NCBI GenBank assembly: GCA_963807405.1
Contig: CAWEBU010000006.1
Coordinates: 1,383,733-1,447,732, forward strand
Reading direction: 5' to 3'
DNA from: an uncultured Acidobacteriota bacterium
Lineage (GTDB): Bacteria; Acidobacteriota; Vicinamibacteria; Vicinamibacterales; UBA2999
DNA length: 64,000 nucleotides
Under the pieces are notes generated by a model, which was not told the origin of the DNA, did no database searches, and worked only from the letters and a program-made list of their open reading frames with translations. The position numbers were made by a program, and so were the translations under genes. Below, one piece after another: positions 28,284 through 39,407 of the stretch; position 1 is the stretch's first letter; every line of letters begins with the position of its first letter.

Positions 28284-29096
28284 GTGCCCGTGCCCACCGT
28301 CATCGCCGCCGGACTCGACGACCCGCGGCTCGAGGCCTACCGGCAGATTGGCCAGCCGGACGCGCTGCGAGCGCGCAACCTGTTCGTGGCCGAAGGCCGG
28401 CTGGTCGTCGACCGGCTGGTGCGCGGCGGCCGGCACCGGCTGCACTCGCTGCTCCTCACCGACGCGGCGGCCGCGGCGATGGCCGGGACGCTCGAGGCGC
28501 TGGAGCTGACGACGCCGGTGTTCGTCGTGCCGCAGGCCGTGATGAATACGGTCGTCGGCTTCAACATTCATCGCGGCTGCCTCGGGCTGGCCGTCCGGCC
28601 GCTGCCGCTGACGCTCGACGCGCTGCCGTGGCCCTCGCTGGTCCGCGTCGTCGTCGCCGAAGGCGTCAACAACCCCGACAACGTCGGCGGCCTGTTCCGC
28701 ACGGCCGCCGCGCTCGGGGCCGAGGCCGTGCTGCTCGGGCCCGCCTGTGGCGATCCGCTCTACCGCAAGGCCATCCGCACCTCGATGGGCGCGACGCTCG
28801 CCCTGCCATGGGCGATCGCCGCTGAATGGCCCGCCGCCCTCGTCCGGCTGCGCGCCGCCGGGCTCTCGGTCATCGCCTGCACGCCGGCGGCGGACGCCGT
28901 GTCGCTCTACGACGCGGTGCTGCCGGCACGGGCGGCCGTGCTGGTCGGGGCCGAGGGCGACGGGCTGACCGCGATCGCCCGCGCCGAAGCGGACCTCAGC
29001 GTGCGCATTCCGATGCACGGCGAGATGGACTCGCTGAACGTCGCCACGGCCGCGGCCATCGTGCTGAGCGCGCTGGCCGCGCGTCACGACCGCTAG
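28284..29096 (+). CDS. TrmH/SpoU family RNA 2'-O-methyltransferase
   Basis: 270 aa with a GTG start. SpoU motifs NPDNVGGLFRTAAALGA, VLVGAEGDGLT and IPMHGEMDSLNVATAAAIVL. Confidence 0.85.
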   Translation: MPVPTVIAAGLDDPRLEAYRQIGQPDALRARNLFVAEGRLVVDRLVRGGRHRLHSLLLTDAAAAAMAGTLEALELTTPVFVVPQAVMNTVVGFNIHRGCLGLAVRPLPLTLDALPWPSLVRVVVAEGVNNPDNVGGLFRTAAALGAEAVLLGPACGDPLYRKAIRTSMGATLALPWAIAAEWPAALVRLRAAGLSVIACTPAADAVSLYDAVLPARAAVLVGAEGDGLTAIARAEADLSVRIPMHGEMDSLNVATAAAIVLSALAARHDR

Positions 29097-29127
29097 CCGT
29101 GTGCGCGTCCGCGATGGCCGGACGCGA

Positions 29128-30620
<1,493 letters not shown>

Positions 30621-30624
<4 letters not shown>

Positions 30625-31400
30625 GAGACGTTTCCCACCGGATGCAGCCGCGTGATGCAGCCGTCGTAGATGGCGCCGCCGATGACGCCGCCGATGGTCG
30701 GGCCGGCCAGCGGCACCCACCACCAGCCGTTGCCGGCGACGAACACGCCGCTGCCCCAGCCGGCGATGGCCGTGAAGAGACGCGGCCCGAAGTCGCGCGC
30801 CGGGTTGATGGCGTAGCCGGAGTTGAAGCCGAAGGCGACGCCGATGCCGACGACGAGCAGCCCCACCAGCACCGGCCCGGTCCACACCGGAGCCGCGACG
30901 TTCCTGGCGTCGCCGATGGCGAAGACGCCGATGACGAGCAGCGCCGTGCCGACGATCTGGTCGACGAGGCCGCCGCCGATCGACAGGAACGCCTGGGGAT
31001 AGGTGGCGAAGATGCCGGCGGTGGCCTGCGCCCCGGCAATCTGCCGCACGCCGCCGTCGAAGGCGGTGAAGGCTTCCCGGTAGGTCAGGAACACGACCGC
31101 CGAGGCCAGGAACGCGCCCGCCGTCTGCGCCAGCGTGTAGGGCCCGACCTTGGACCACGGCAGCCCGCGGTGGACGGCGAGCGCGACCGTCACGGCGGGA
31201 TTCAGGTGGGCACCCGACACGCCGCCAGCCACCAGCACGCCGAGCATCACGGCGATGCCCCACCCCAGGTTGATGGCCAGGTAGCTGCCGCTGGCGTTGG
31301 CACTCAGCACGGCCTGCGCCACGACGCCGACGCCGAACACGATGAGCATGAAGGTGCCGAGGCACTCGGCAGCGAGTTCACGAACGAGTCCGCGAGACAT
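30621..31400 (-). CDS. glpF: aquaglyceroporin / glycerol uptake facilitator (MIP family)
   Basis: 259 aa with two NPA boxes (HLNPAVTVA and [10 protein letters not shown]). Lies upstream of glpK. Confidence 0.9.
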
Positions 31401-31471
31401 AGGCGCGCATTATGTCAGCGCCCGCGAGGCCCGGGAAGCCGGTCCTGCGGACGACGGTAGAATGTGGGCGG

Positions 31472-32068
31472 ATGTTCGCCGAGATCGTGCAGGCCGTGCG
31501 CGTGTGGGCCGACAGCGCCGGCGGCCTCGGCGTGCTGGCGGTGGCCGTGCTCGACTCGAGCGTCCTGGCCCTGCCCAACGTCACCGACGGCCTCATCATG
31601 TACCTCACCGTCCGCGAACCCTCATGGTGGTGGTACTACGCGGCCATCGGCACGGCGGGCGCGATCATCGGCTCCGCGCCGCTGTATCTGCTGGCCCGCC
31701 GCGGCGGCCAGGCGTTCCTCGATCGGCGGCTGGCCGGGCCGCGCTTCGCCGGGGCGCTCACGTGGTATCGCCGCAGTTCGTTCGCCGCTCTGGCCGGTCC
31801 GGCCTTCGTGCCGCCGCCGATGCCGCTCAAGCCGTTCGTCCTGCTGGCCGGCGCCACCGCCTTCCCGCTCTGGCGGCTGGTCGCGGCGCTGGCCCTCGGG
31901 CGCGGGTCGCGCCACTTCCTCGAAGCGGCCCTCGCCGCCTACTACCGGGACGAAGCGATCCGCGCCTTCGAGCGCTACGGGGTGACCCTGGCCGTCGTGA
32001 TGCTCGGCCTCGTCACGGCCGTGACCGCCGGACTGTATGTCTGGCACATGCGGCGGGCGGCCCTTTGA
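31472..32068 (+). CDS. YqaA/DedA-superfamily membrane protein
   Basis: Hydrophobic protein (VLDSSVLALPNVTDGLIMYL..., PFVLLAGATAFPLWRLV). ATG 31472 is preferred, because the ORF-track ATG 31412 lies only 11 nt from the divergent glpF start. Confidence 0.68.
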   Translation: MFAEIVQAVRVWADSAGGLGVLAVAVLDSSVLALPNVTDGLIMYLTVREPSWWWYYAAIGTAGAIIGSAPLYLLARRGGQAFLDRRLAGPRFAGALTWYRRSSFAALAGPAFVPPPMPLKPFVLLAGATAFPLWRLVAALALGRGSRHFLEAALAAYYRDEAIRAFERYGVTLAVVMLGLVTAVTAGLYVWHMRRAAL

Positions 32069-32800
32069 CAGCGCCCGCCTCCTCCTCGGTCGATGTCTAC
32101 ACCGTCCTCACCGGGGGGGTGACCGATGCTCTCGAAGCGCGCCTCGCACCCCGGTTGTCGCAGGACGAAGCGGCACGGGCGGAGCGCTTCGTCCGCCCCG
32201 TCGATCGACGGACGTTCGTCGTCGCCCGCGCCCTGGTCCGCGCCACGCTCTCGGCCTACGCCCCGATCGCGCCCGCGGACTGGCGGTTCGAGACCAATCA
32301 GCACGGCTGCCCGGCGGTCATCGCGACACAGGCCGGCCATCCGCGCCTGCGCTTCAACCTGTCGCACACGACCGGCCTCGTCGCGCTCGCCGTCACGCGC
32401 GGACACGACGTGGGCATCGATGTCGAGCAGGTCGACCGCGTGGTGCGGGAGGACATCGCCGGGCGCTACTTCGCCGCCGACGAGGTGCGGGACCTGCGCG
32501 CGCTCGCCGCGGAGGCGCAGCCGCGGGCCTTCTTCGAGGTACTGGACGCTCAAGGAGGCCTACATCAAGGCGCGCGGCATGGGCCTCGCCATTCCGCTCG
32601 GCGACTTCGCCTTCATCCTGCGGCCGCCGGCCGCGCCGGCGATCCGCTTCGTCGACGGCTTCGACGATCGACCCGGCCGCTGGCAGTTCTGGCAGACCTG
32701 GCCGACCACCCGGCACCGCCTGTCGCTGGCCGTGGCGCGCGACGGCGACGACCTGCCCGTCACGATCGCCGACATCGCCCCGGAGACGCTGGCGCCGTGA
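32065..32800 (+). pseudogene. Sfp/EntD-type 4'-phosphopantetheinyl transferase, disrupted by a +1 frameshift near 32539
   Basis: The N-terminal part (..RLSQDEAARAERF..., NLSHTTGLVALAV, GIDVEQ) is in frame with ORF 31297-33657. The C-terminal part is in ORF 32126-32800 (WTLKEAYIKARG). The junction reads PRAFFE|YWTLKEAYIKARG after removing one G. The putative TTG start at 32065 overlaps the upstream stop. Confidence 0.75.
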
Positions 32801-33657
32801 GGCTGTGGGCCACGAGCGACCTGCACGTCGGGTTCGAGGCCAACCGCCGGGCGGTCGAGGCGATGGCGCCGCACGGCGACGACTGGTTGATCCTGGCCGG
32901 CGACACCGGTGACACGCTGGCGCAGCTCGAACTCGTGCTCGATGTCGTGACGACGCGGTTTGCCCGCGTCATCTGGACGCCCGGCAATCACGACCTGTGG
33001 ACACCACGCCAGTGGCCCGAGGAGCGGCGTGGCCTGGCGCACTACATGCGCCTGGTCGAGGCATGCCGGGCACGCGGCGTCGTCACGCCCGAGGACCCGT
33101 ATCCGGTCTGGCCGGCGACCGGTCACGTCATCGCCCCCTGCTTCACGCTCTACGACTACTCGTTCGGGCCGGCCGGTCTGACTGCCGCTGAGGCGGTGGC
33201 GTGGGCGGCTGCCGCCAAGGTGCAGTGCGCCGACGAGCTGCTGCTGTCGCCCGCCCCCCTGGCCTCGCGCTCGACCTGGTGTCACGAGCGGGTCGCCGCC
33301 ACCGAAGCCCGTCTCGACGCGTTGCCCGCCGACTCGCGCCTCGTGCTCGTGAACCACTATCCGCTGCGGCCGGACCACGCGGTGCTGCCCCGCATCCCGC
33401 GCTTCACGATCTGGTGCGGCACGACCCGCACGGCCGACTGGCACACGCGCTACCGCGCCGATGTCGTCGTCTACGGCCACCTGCACATGCGCAGCACACG
33501 CTGGCGTGACGGCGTGCGCTTCGAGGAGGTGTCACTCGGCTATCCCGCCCAGTGGCGGCAGGACTCGTCCATCGAGGCCTACCTGCGCCCGATTCTCCCG
33601 GCCCAACCTGCGGGCCCGGGCTGGGGCGAGACGCCGACGGTCATACGCCATCGGTAG
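32797..33657 (+). CDS. metallophosphoesterase
   Basis: GTG at 32797 overlaps the PPTase stop as GTGA. Motifs are WATSDLHVG, ILAGDTGD, TPGNHDLW, VNHYPL and YGHLH. Confidence 0.8.
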   Translation: MRLWATSDLHVGFEANRRAVEAMAPHGDDWLILAGDTGDTLAQLELVLDVVTTRFARVIWTPGNHDLWTPRQWPEERRGLAHYMRLVEACRARGVVTPEDPYPVWPATGHVIAPCFTLYDYSFGPAGLTAAEAVAWAAAAKVQCADELLLSPAPLASRSTWCHERVAATEARLDALPADSRLVLVNHYPLRPDHAVLPRIPRFTIWCGTTRTADWHTRYRADVVVYGHLHMRSTRWRDGVRFEEVSLGYPAQWRQDSSIEAYLRPILPAQPAGPGWGETPTVIRHR

Positions 33658-33724
33658 CCGGACTGGGCCATCCTGCAGCGGCGGTGCTCACCTCGTGCCG
33701 GCTCCGGCCCGCTACAATGGCGCC

Positions 33725-34615
33725 ATGCAGACCTTCCTGGCGCTGACCTTCCTGTCGCTCGCAGCGTTCGCGGCGGCGCAGACCAACGCCGCCCGCTTCG
33801 CGCGTCCCGAACTGATCGTCGACGCGGCGTGGCTGGCCGCCAACCTCGACACCGCGAACCTTCGCATCGTGGACATGCGCCCGCGCGGCTACACCGAGGG
33901 CCACGTGCCCGGTGCCGTGTGGCTCGACAACAACGACATCCGCAAGCGCGAAGCGCCGCCCACCTTCCTGCCGACGGCGCAGGAGTTCGCCGCGCTGATG
34001 GGCCGCCTCGGGATCTCGAACACGACGCGTGTGGTCGTCTACGACGAACGCGGGGGCCTCTACGCCGCCCGCCTGTGGTGGATCCTCAACTACTACGGCC
34101 ATACCAACGTCGCCCTGCTCGATGGCGGCTGGCCGGCCTGGACCGCCGGCGGCCACCCCTCGAACACCGCCACGCCGAAGCCGGCCGCGGCCAGCTTCGT
34201 CGTCAAGCCCGGCACGGTCGGTGTGGCCACCGCCGAGGACATGAAGGCGGCCATCAACCGACGCGGCACGAAGATCATCGACGCCCGCACGCAAGGCGAG
34301 ATCGACGGCAAGGACCTGCGCGGCATCAAGCGCGGCGGCTACATCGAGTCGTCGATTCCGGTCTACTGGGAGGATCTGCTCACCGACGGCTCACGCACCG
34401 TCAAAGCCCCGGCCGCGGTCGAGCAGATCTGGCGCTCGAAGGGCGTCGGCGCCTCCGACGAGGTCATCGTCTACTGCCAGATCGGCATGCGCGCCAGCTA
34501 CGATCTGTTCACGCTGGCGCTGCTCGGCCACGACCTCTCCAAGCTGAAGAACTACTACGGCGCCTGGGAAGAGTGGGGCAACCGCGACGACACGCCGATC
34601 AAGACCAAGGAGTAG
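33725..34615 (+). CDS. secreted tandem-rhodanese sulfurtransferase
   Basis: ATG 33725 with a signal peptide (MQTFLALTFLSLAAFAAAQT). Two rhodanese domains, with active-site loop YCQIGMRAS. Confidence 0.85.
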   Translation: MQTFLALTFLSLAAFAAAQTNAARFARPELIVDAAWLAANLDTANLRIVDMRPRGYTEGHVPGAVWLDNNDIRKREAPPTFLPTAQEFAALMGRLGISNTTRVVVYDERGGLYAARLWWILNYYGHTNVALLDGGWPAWTAGGHPSNTATPKPAAASFVVKPGTVGVATAEDMKAAINRRGTKIIDARTQGEIDGKDLRGIKRGGYIESSIPVYWEDLLTDGSRTVKAPAAVEQIWRSKGVGASDEVIVYCQIGMRASYDLFTLALLGHDLSKLKNYYGAWEEWGNRDDTPIKTKE

Positions 34616-34627
34616 GCCCCCGACGCC

Positions 34628-34804
34628 ATGCCGCAGAATCTGTTCGCCAGGTTTCTCGCCCGTCTCGCCACGCCGCGCCTGTTCCTGCTGGCCTTGGGGC
34701 TGCTCGGGCTCGACATCCTGATCCCGGACTTCATCCCCTTCGCCGACGAGATCCTGCTCGCGGTGCTGACCCTGATCTTCGCCAGGAAGAAGCCGACCGC
34801 GTAG
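34628..34804 (+). CDS. small hypothetical membrane-associated protein (58 aa), below ORF-track cutoff
   Basis: Manual translation gives MPQNLFARFLARLATPRLFLLALGLLGLDILIPDFIPFADEILLAVLTLIFARKKPTA*. Codon usage is GC3-rich like its neighbours. It starts 13 nt after the rhodanese stop. Confidence 0.5.
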   Translation: MPQNLFARFLARLATPRLFLLALGLLGLDILIPDFIPFADEILLAVLTLIFARKKPTA

Positions 34805-34831
34805 CGCGGGGTGCCATGTTCACATGTGCGT

Positions 34832-34854
34832 TCTCCGGGCGAAAGACCCGGGGA
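34832..34854 (+). terminator. candidate hairpin terminator after the rhodanese/small-ORF unit
   Basis: TCTCCGGG-cgaaaga-CCCGGGGA forms an 8-bp stem (one G-U pair), followed by a weak TTGT tract. Confidence 0.3.
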
Positions 34855-34862
34855 TTGTAGCC

Positions 34863-34891
34863 TTGACTGGCTCCGGCCGCTCCCCTATCGT
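34863..34891 (+). promoter_or_regulatory. sigma70-like promoter candidate for ggt
   Basis: TTGACT (34863-34868), a 17-nt spacer, then TATCGT (34886-34891). The ATG at 34899 lies 7 nt after the -10 box. Confidence 0.3.
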
Positions 34892-34898
34892 CGTTCGC

Positions 34899-36608
34899 AT
34901 GCTCCGGAGACATGACATGCCTACCCGCCGCCTCACCGCCCCCGTCGCCGCCCTCGTCGTCGCGTCGCTCACCCTGACCCTGCAGGCCGGCAATGCGCCC
35001 TATCGCGCCCGCGGCGGCATGGTCGTCTCCCAGAGCGACATCGCCTCGGAAGTGGGCTGGACAGTCATGCGCGAGGGCGGCAACGCCATCGACGGCGCCG
35101 TCGCGACCGCTCTGGCGCTGGCCGTCACGCACCCCACCGCCGGCAACATCGGCGGCGGCGGCTTCATCGTCTACCGCGGCGCCGACGGCATCGCCACCAC
35201 GTTCGACTTCCGCGAGATGGCGCCGGCCGGCGCCTCGCCCACGATGTGGATGAAGGACGGCAAGTACGACTTCGACCTCCATCACAACACGCACCGCTCG
35301 GTCGGCGTCCCCGGCACCGTCGCCGGCCTCTACATGGCGCACCAGAAGCTGGGCAGCAAGCCGTGGAAGGATCTGGTGCTCCCGGCCGTGGCGCTCGCGC
35401 GCGACGGCTTCGAGATCAGCGAGGGCCTGGCGAGTTCCCTCGAGCGGATGATTCCCGAGTTCAAGAAGTATCCGGCCTCGCTGGCCCAGTTCTCGAAGAA
35501 CGGCGTGGCCTACAAGGCCGGCGAGACACTGAAGCAGCCGGATCTGGCGAACTCCCTGCAGCGCATCGCCGACCGCGGGCCGGCCGGCTTCTACGAGGGC
35601 GAGACGGCCGAGCTCATCGAGAAGGAGATGAAGGCCAACGGCGGCCTCATCACGCGCGACGACCTCAAGAAGTACGCCGCCAAGGAGCGCGTGCCGCTCA
35701 AGGGCACCTACCGCGGTCACGAGATCATCGGCATGCCGCCGCCCAGTTCCGGCGGCATCGCGGTCATCCAGATGCTGAACGTGCTCGAGGCCTTCGACCT
35801 CAAGGCCAACGGCTACGGCTCGGCCCAGAACCTGCACCTGGTGGCCGAGTCGATGCGTCGTGCCTTCGCCGATCGCGCGCAGCACATCGGCGATCCGGAC
35901 TTCAACACCGGCATCCCGGTGGCGCAGCTCATCGCGAAGGACTACGCGGCCCAGCTCCGCAAGACCATCAACCCGAACAAGGCCTCGGTGTCGTCAACGA
36001 CGTCGTTCACCTGGCCGACCGAGTCGCAGGAAACGACGCACCTGTCGGTCGTCGACGGCAAGCAGAACGCCGTCTCGATGACCTACACGCTCGAGTACGG
36101 CTACGGCTCGCGCATCGTCGTGCCCGGCGCCGGCTTCCTGCTCAACAACGAGCTCGGCGACTTCAACTCGGCGCCCGAGATGACCGACGAGCGCGGCAAC
36201 ATCGGCACCAAGCCGAATCTCGCGCTGCCCGGCAAGCGCCCGCTCTCGAGCATGGCGCCGACCATCGTCACCAGGGACGGCAAGCTGTTCATGGTGACGG
36301 GCTCGCCCGGTGGCCGCACCATCATCAACACCGTGCTCATGACGATCATGAACGTCGTCGACTACGGCATGAACGCGCAGGAAGCGGTGGACGCCGGCCG
36401 CATGCACCACCAGTGGCTGCCCGATCGCCTGAGCATGGAGCGCTACGGCTTCTCGGCCGACACCATCGCCAGGCTCAAGGCGATGGGCCACAACGTGACC
36501 GAGGCCGGCGGGCAGGGCGTGGCCGAGGTGATCGTCGTCGGCAAGGACGGCGTGCTCGAGGGCGGCGTCGATGGGCGGGCGTCGGACGGCGGCGCCGCCG
36601 GCAAGTAG
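34899..36608 (+). CDS. ggt: gamma-glutamyltransferase
   Basis: About 569 aa with a signal peptide. Contains GGNAIDGAVATALALAVTHPTAGNIGGGGF and the catalytic-Thr region ETTHLSVVD, plus the C-terminal GSPGGRTIINTV. Alternative starts are at 34824 and 34917. Confidence 0.92.
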   Translation: MLRRHDMPTRRLTAPVAALVVASLTLTLQAGNAPYRARGGMVVSQSDIASEVGWTVMREGGNAIDGAVATALALAVTHPTAGNIGGGGFIVYRGADGIATTFDFREMAPAGASPTMWMKDGKYDFDLHHNTHRSVGVPGTVAGLYMAHQKLGSKPWKDLVLPAVALARDGFEISEGLASSLERMIPEFKKYPASLAQFSKNGVAYKAGETLKQPDLANSLQRIADRGPAGFYEGETAELIEKEMKANGGLITRDDLKKYAAKERVPLKGTYRGHEIIGMPPPSSGGIAVIQMLNVLEAFDLKANGYGSAQNLHLVAESMRRAFADRAQHIGDPDFNTGIPVAQLIAKDYAAQLRKTINPNKASVSSTTSFTWPTESQETTHLSVVDGKQNAVSMTYTLEYGYGSRIVVPGAGFLLNNELGDFNSAPEMTDERGNIGTKPNLALPGKRPLSSMAPTIVTRDGKLFMVTGSPGGRTIINTVLMTIMNVVDYGMNAQEAVDAGRMHHQWLPDRLSMERYGFSADTIARLKAMGHNVTEAGGQGVAEVIVVGKDGVLEGGVDGRASDGGAAGK

Positions 36609-36618
36609 CACGACCCGG

Positions 36619-36640
36619 GCCCCGGACCTGGTGCCGGGGC
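36619..36640. terminator. weak hairpin between convergent ggt and the 36681-37412 gene
   Basis: GCCCCGG-acctggtg-CCGGGGC forms a 7-bp GC stem. There is no clear U tract. Confidence 0.25.
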
Positions 36641-36680
36641 TCGGCGCCTACCTATCGGCGTTTCCAGGCTCAGCGCGCCG

Positions 36681-37412
36681 CTACGGCAGCCTGAGCGCGG
36701 CCTCGAGCTGGGCCGCCGTCAGGCCCTTCACGTAAACCGGCGTGCCGGCGTCGAACTCGCGGGCCCGCGCCAGGCCGCCGACCACCACCGGATCGAAGCC
36801 GGCGTCGGTCACGAGACGGACCGTCATCGCGATCGCCGCGGCGTCGTCGGACGCGATCGGGATGCCGAGCTTCTCGCCGGCGCGGTGCGCCTCCTTGGTG
36901 ACCTGCACGTAGCTGAGCGCGTTCAGCGCCCGCACGAGGCGCACACCCGGCAGGTGCTCCTTCGACGTCACGCCGGTGCCGCGCGCCAGGCCGTCCTTCC
37001 CCACCTCGCCGTCGCGATCGACCCGCGGGTTGCCGACGTCGATGACGATCTTGCCCTGCATGAGCGGCGCGTAGTCCTTCCCCACCTGCGGCAGCGCGCC
37101 GTAGGGCACGGCGATCAGGACCACGTCGCCGAAGCGGGCCGCTTCCTCCGGCAGGCCGGCCCGTGCCTTGGCCCCGGCCTGGGCGACGAGATCCTTCAGC
37201 GTCTCGGGATGGCGTGACGAGAACAGCACCTCGTGCCCGGCCCGGGCCCACAGCAGCCCGATGGCGCCGCCCTGGCGGCCCGAACCGATGATGCCGATCT
37301 TGACGGGTCCTGGCGACTGCGCCCCGAGCGCCAGCGGACCAAGGACCGACGCGGCCACGAAGGCGCCGCTGGCGTGCAGGAACGAACGGCGGGACGTCGG
37401 GTGGGCGATCAT
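36681..37412 (-). CDS. Tat-signal-bearing NAD(P)-binding Rossmann oxidoreductase (F420/NADP-reductase-like, NpdG-type fold)
   Basis: 243 aa. Twin-arginine signal TSRRSFLHASGAFVAASVLGPLALGA, followed immediately by the dinucleotide motif KIGIIGSGRQGGAIG. Confidence 0.72.
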   Translation of the reverse strand: MIAHPTSRRSFLHASGAFVAASVLGPLALGAQSPGPVKIGIIGSGRQGGAIGLLWARAGHEVLFSSRHPETLKDLVAQAGAKARAGLPEEAARFGDVVLIAVPYGALPQVGKDYAPLMQGKIVIDVGNPRVDRDGEVGKDGLARGTGVTSKEHLPGVRLVRALNALSYVQVTKEAHRAGEKLGIPIASDDAAAIAMTVRLVTDAGFDPVVVGGLARAREFDAGTPVYVKGLTAAQLEAALRLP

Positions 37413-37448
37413 GCGGCTCTCCCTGTCGCCGGAGTATACGGCCAGCCG

Positions 37449-39407
37449 CTAGCGCGCGGCGCCGCCGTCGAGCGCGAAGGCGATGAGACGCGCGGGAATC
37501 CCCTTCTCCTGATCGCCGACCGTGAAGGCGACGTACTGCCGGCCGCCGTGCAGATAGGTCATCGGCGGACCGGTCTGCACGCCGGGCAGCGCCGTCTCCC
37601 AGATCGTCCTGCCGGTGGCCTTGTCGAGGGCACGGAACACCGGCTGGCCGCCCCAGCCCTCGCCGGCGAAGAGCAGCGTCTTCGTGGCCAGGAGCCCGGC
37701 TCGCGAACGGCTGCCCGTGGGTGGAATCGTCACGCCCTTCAGCAGCGGGTGATCGCGGATGGCCGGCGGCGTGTCGCCGTTGGCCACCTGCCATGCGATG
37801 GTCGCCGCGCGTGAGGTCGAGGGCGGTGATACGGCCGTACGGCGGCTTCACGACCGGCAGGCCGTCCACCGTCGGCACGCCGCGCTGCTGCACCGCCACG
37901 TAGTCCATGTCCGAGTCGGCGCTCTTCTCCAGCGCGACGAGCGACGGCTGGGTGGCCGAGGCCACGTACATGCAGGCCGGTCTCGGGATCGGCCGCCCCG
38001 TGCTCCCACTGCGCGCCGCCCTGCACGCCGGGCAGCAGGATGGTGCCGATCGTGCCGTCGGGCGCCGCCGCCAGCGACGGCGGCTGGTACATCGCGCCCA
38101 GGCGATAGCCCTCGAGCGCCTTCAGCGCGCGGGCGCGAATCTCCGGCGTGAAGTCCACGACGTCGTCGAGCGTGAAGCCCTGTCGATCGAAGGCGGGCGG
38201 CCGGGTGGGAAACGGCTGGGTGGCGGCGGTGCGTTCGCCGGGCACGTCGCTCTGCGGCACGGCGCGTTCGACGATCGGCCACACCGGCTCGCCGGTCACG
38301 CGATCGAAGACGTAGGTGAAGGCCTGCTTGGTCATGAGTGCCACGGCCTTCACCGTGCGCCCGCCCACGGGTACGTCGATGAGCATCGGCGCGGTGGTGT
38401 TGTCGTAGTCCCAGATGTCGTGATGAATCTGCTGGAAGTGCCACACCACCTTGCCGGTGCGCACGTCGAGGCAGACCAGACTCGACGAGTAGACGTTGTC
38501 GCCCGGCCGGTGGCCGCCGTAGAGATCGCCGGTCGGCGCCTCGACCGGCAGGTAGACGTAGCCGAGCGCGTCGTCGGCCGAGAACGGCGCCCACACGCCG
38601 GCGTTGCCGGTGTACTTCCAGGAGTCGCGCTGCCAGGTCTCGACGAACCGCTCGCCGGCCTGCGGGATCGTGTTGAAGCGCCACAGCTCCTTGCCGGTGC
38701 GGACGTCGAAGCCGCGCACGAAGCCGGGCACGTTGGCCATCGTCCTGGGCCGGAAGCCGAGCTCGAGCGCGGGGCCCACGACGATGACGCCGTTCGTGAT
38801 GACGACCGGCGAGCTGCTGCCGATCGGCGCCAGCGGATCGAACTCGCCGCGGCCCAGGTTGCGCTTGAGGTCGACCAGGCCCTCGGCGCCGAACGACGGC
38901 ACCGGACGGCCGCTGCGGGCGTCGAGCGAGACGAGCCGAAACCCCGGCGTCACCACCACGATGCGCGCCTCGGTGCCGTCGCTCCAGTAGGAGACGCCAC
39001 GGCCGGAGTTGCGCCGCGGCGCGCGGGCCGCGCGCTCCCCTTCGTCGAGCGTCCACCGCCAGCGTTCGACGCCGGTGGCCGGGTCGAGCGCCACGACGTC
39101 GCGGTTCAGGCCGGCGGTCATGTAGAGCAGGCCGTCGACGTAGAGCGGGGCGGCCTCGTTCTTGAACTCCGGCTTCGGGCCGTAGGGGCCGAGGTCGCGC
39201 TCCCACGCCACGCCCAGCCGGGCCACGTTGTCGCGCGTGATCTCGGTCGAGCGGCGCGTAGCGCAGGCTGCGGTTGTCGCCGTGGTAGGCGCGCCACTCG
39301 CCGGCCGGCGCCGGCGCTGCTGGCGGTGTCGGCGCCTGGGCGCCGAGCGTGACGACCGACAGCAGCAGCGTTGCCGCGACAGCGTGACAGCGGGACGGCA
39401 ACGTCAT
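37449..39407 (-). pseudogene. PQQ-dependent (quinoprotein) dehydrogenase, glucose/quinate-shikimate family, with three +1 frameshifts
   Basis: Four frame segments are involved (ORFs 37848-39521, 37739-39226, 36670-37971 and 37449-37787). The junctions, each repaired by removing one base, are RYAPLD|EITRDNVARLGVAW (~39245), DPETGL|MYVASATQPS (~37972) and LDLTRGD|IAWQVANGDTP (~37800). Signal peptide MTLPSRCHAVAATLLLSVVTLGAQA and beta-propeller W-motifs are present (VWHFQQIHHDIWDYD). Confidence 0.85.
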
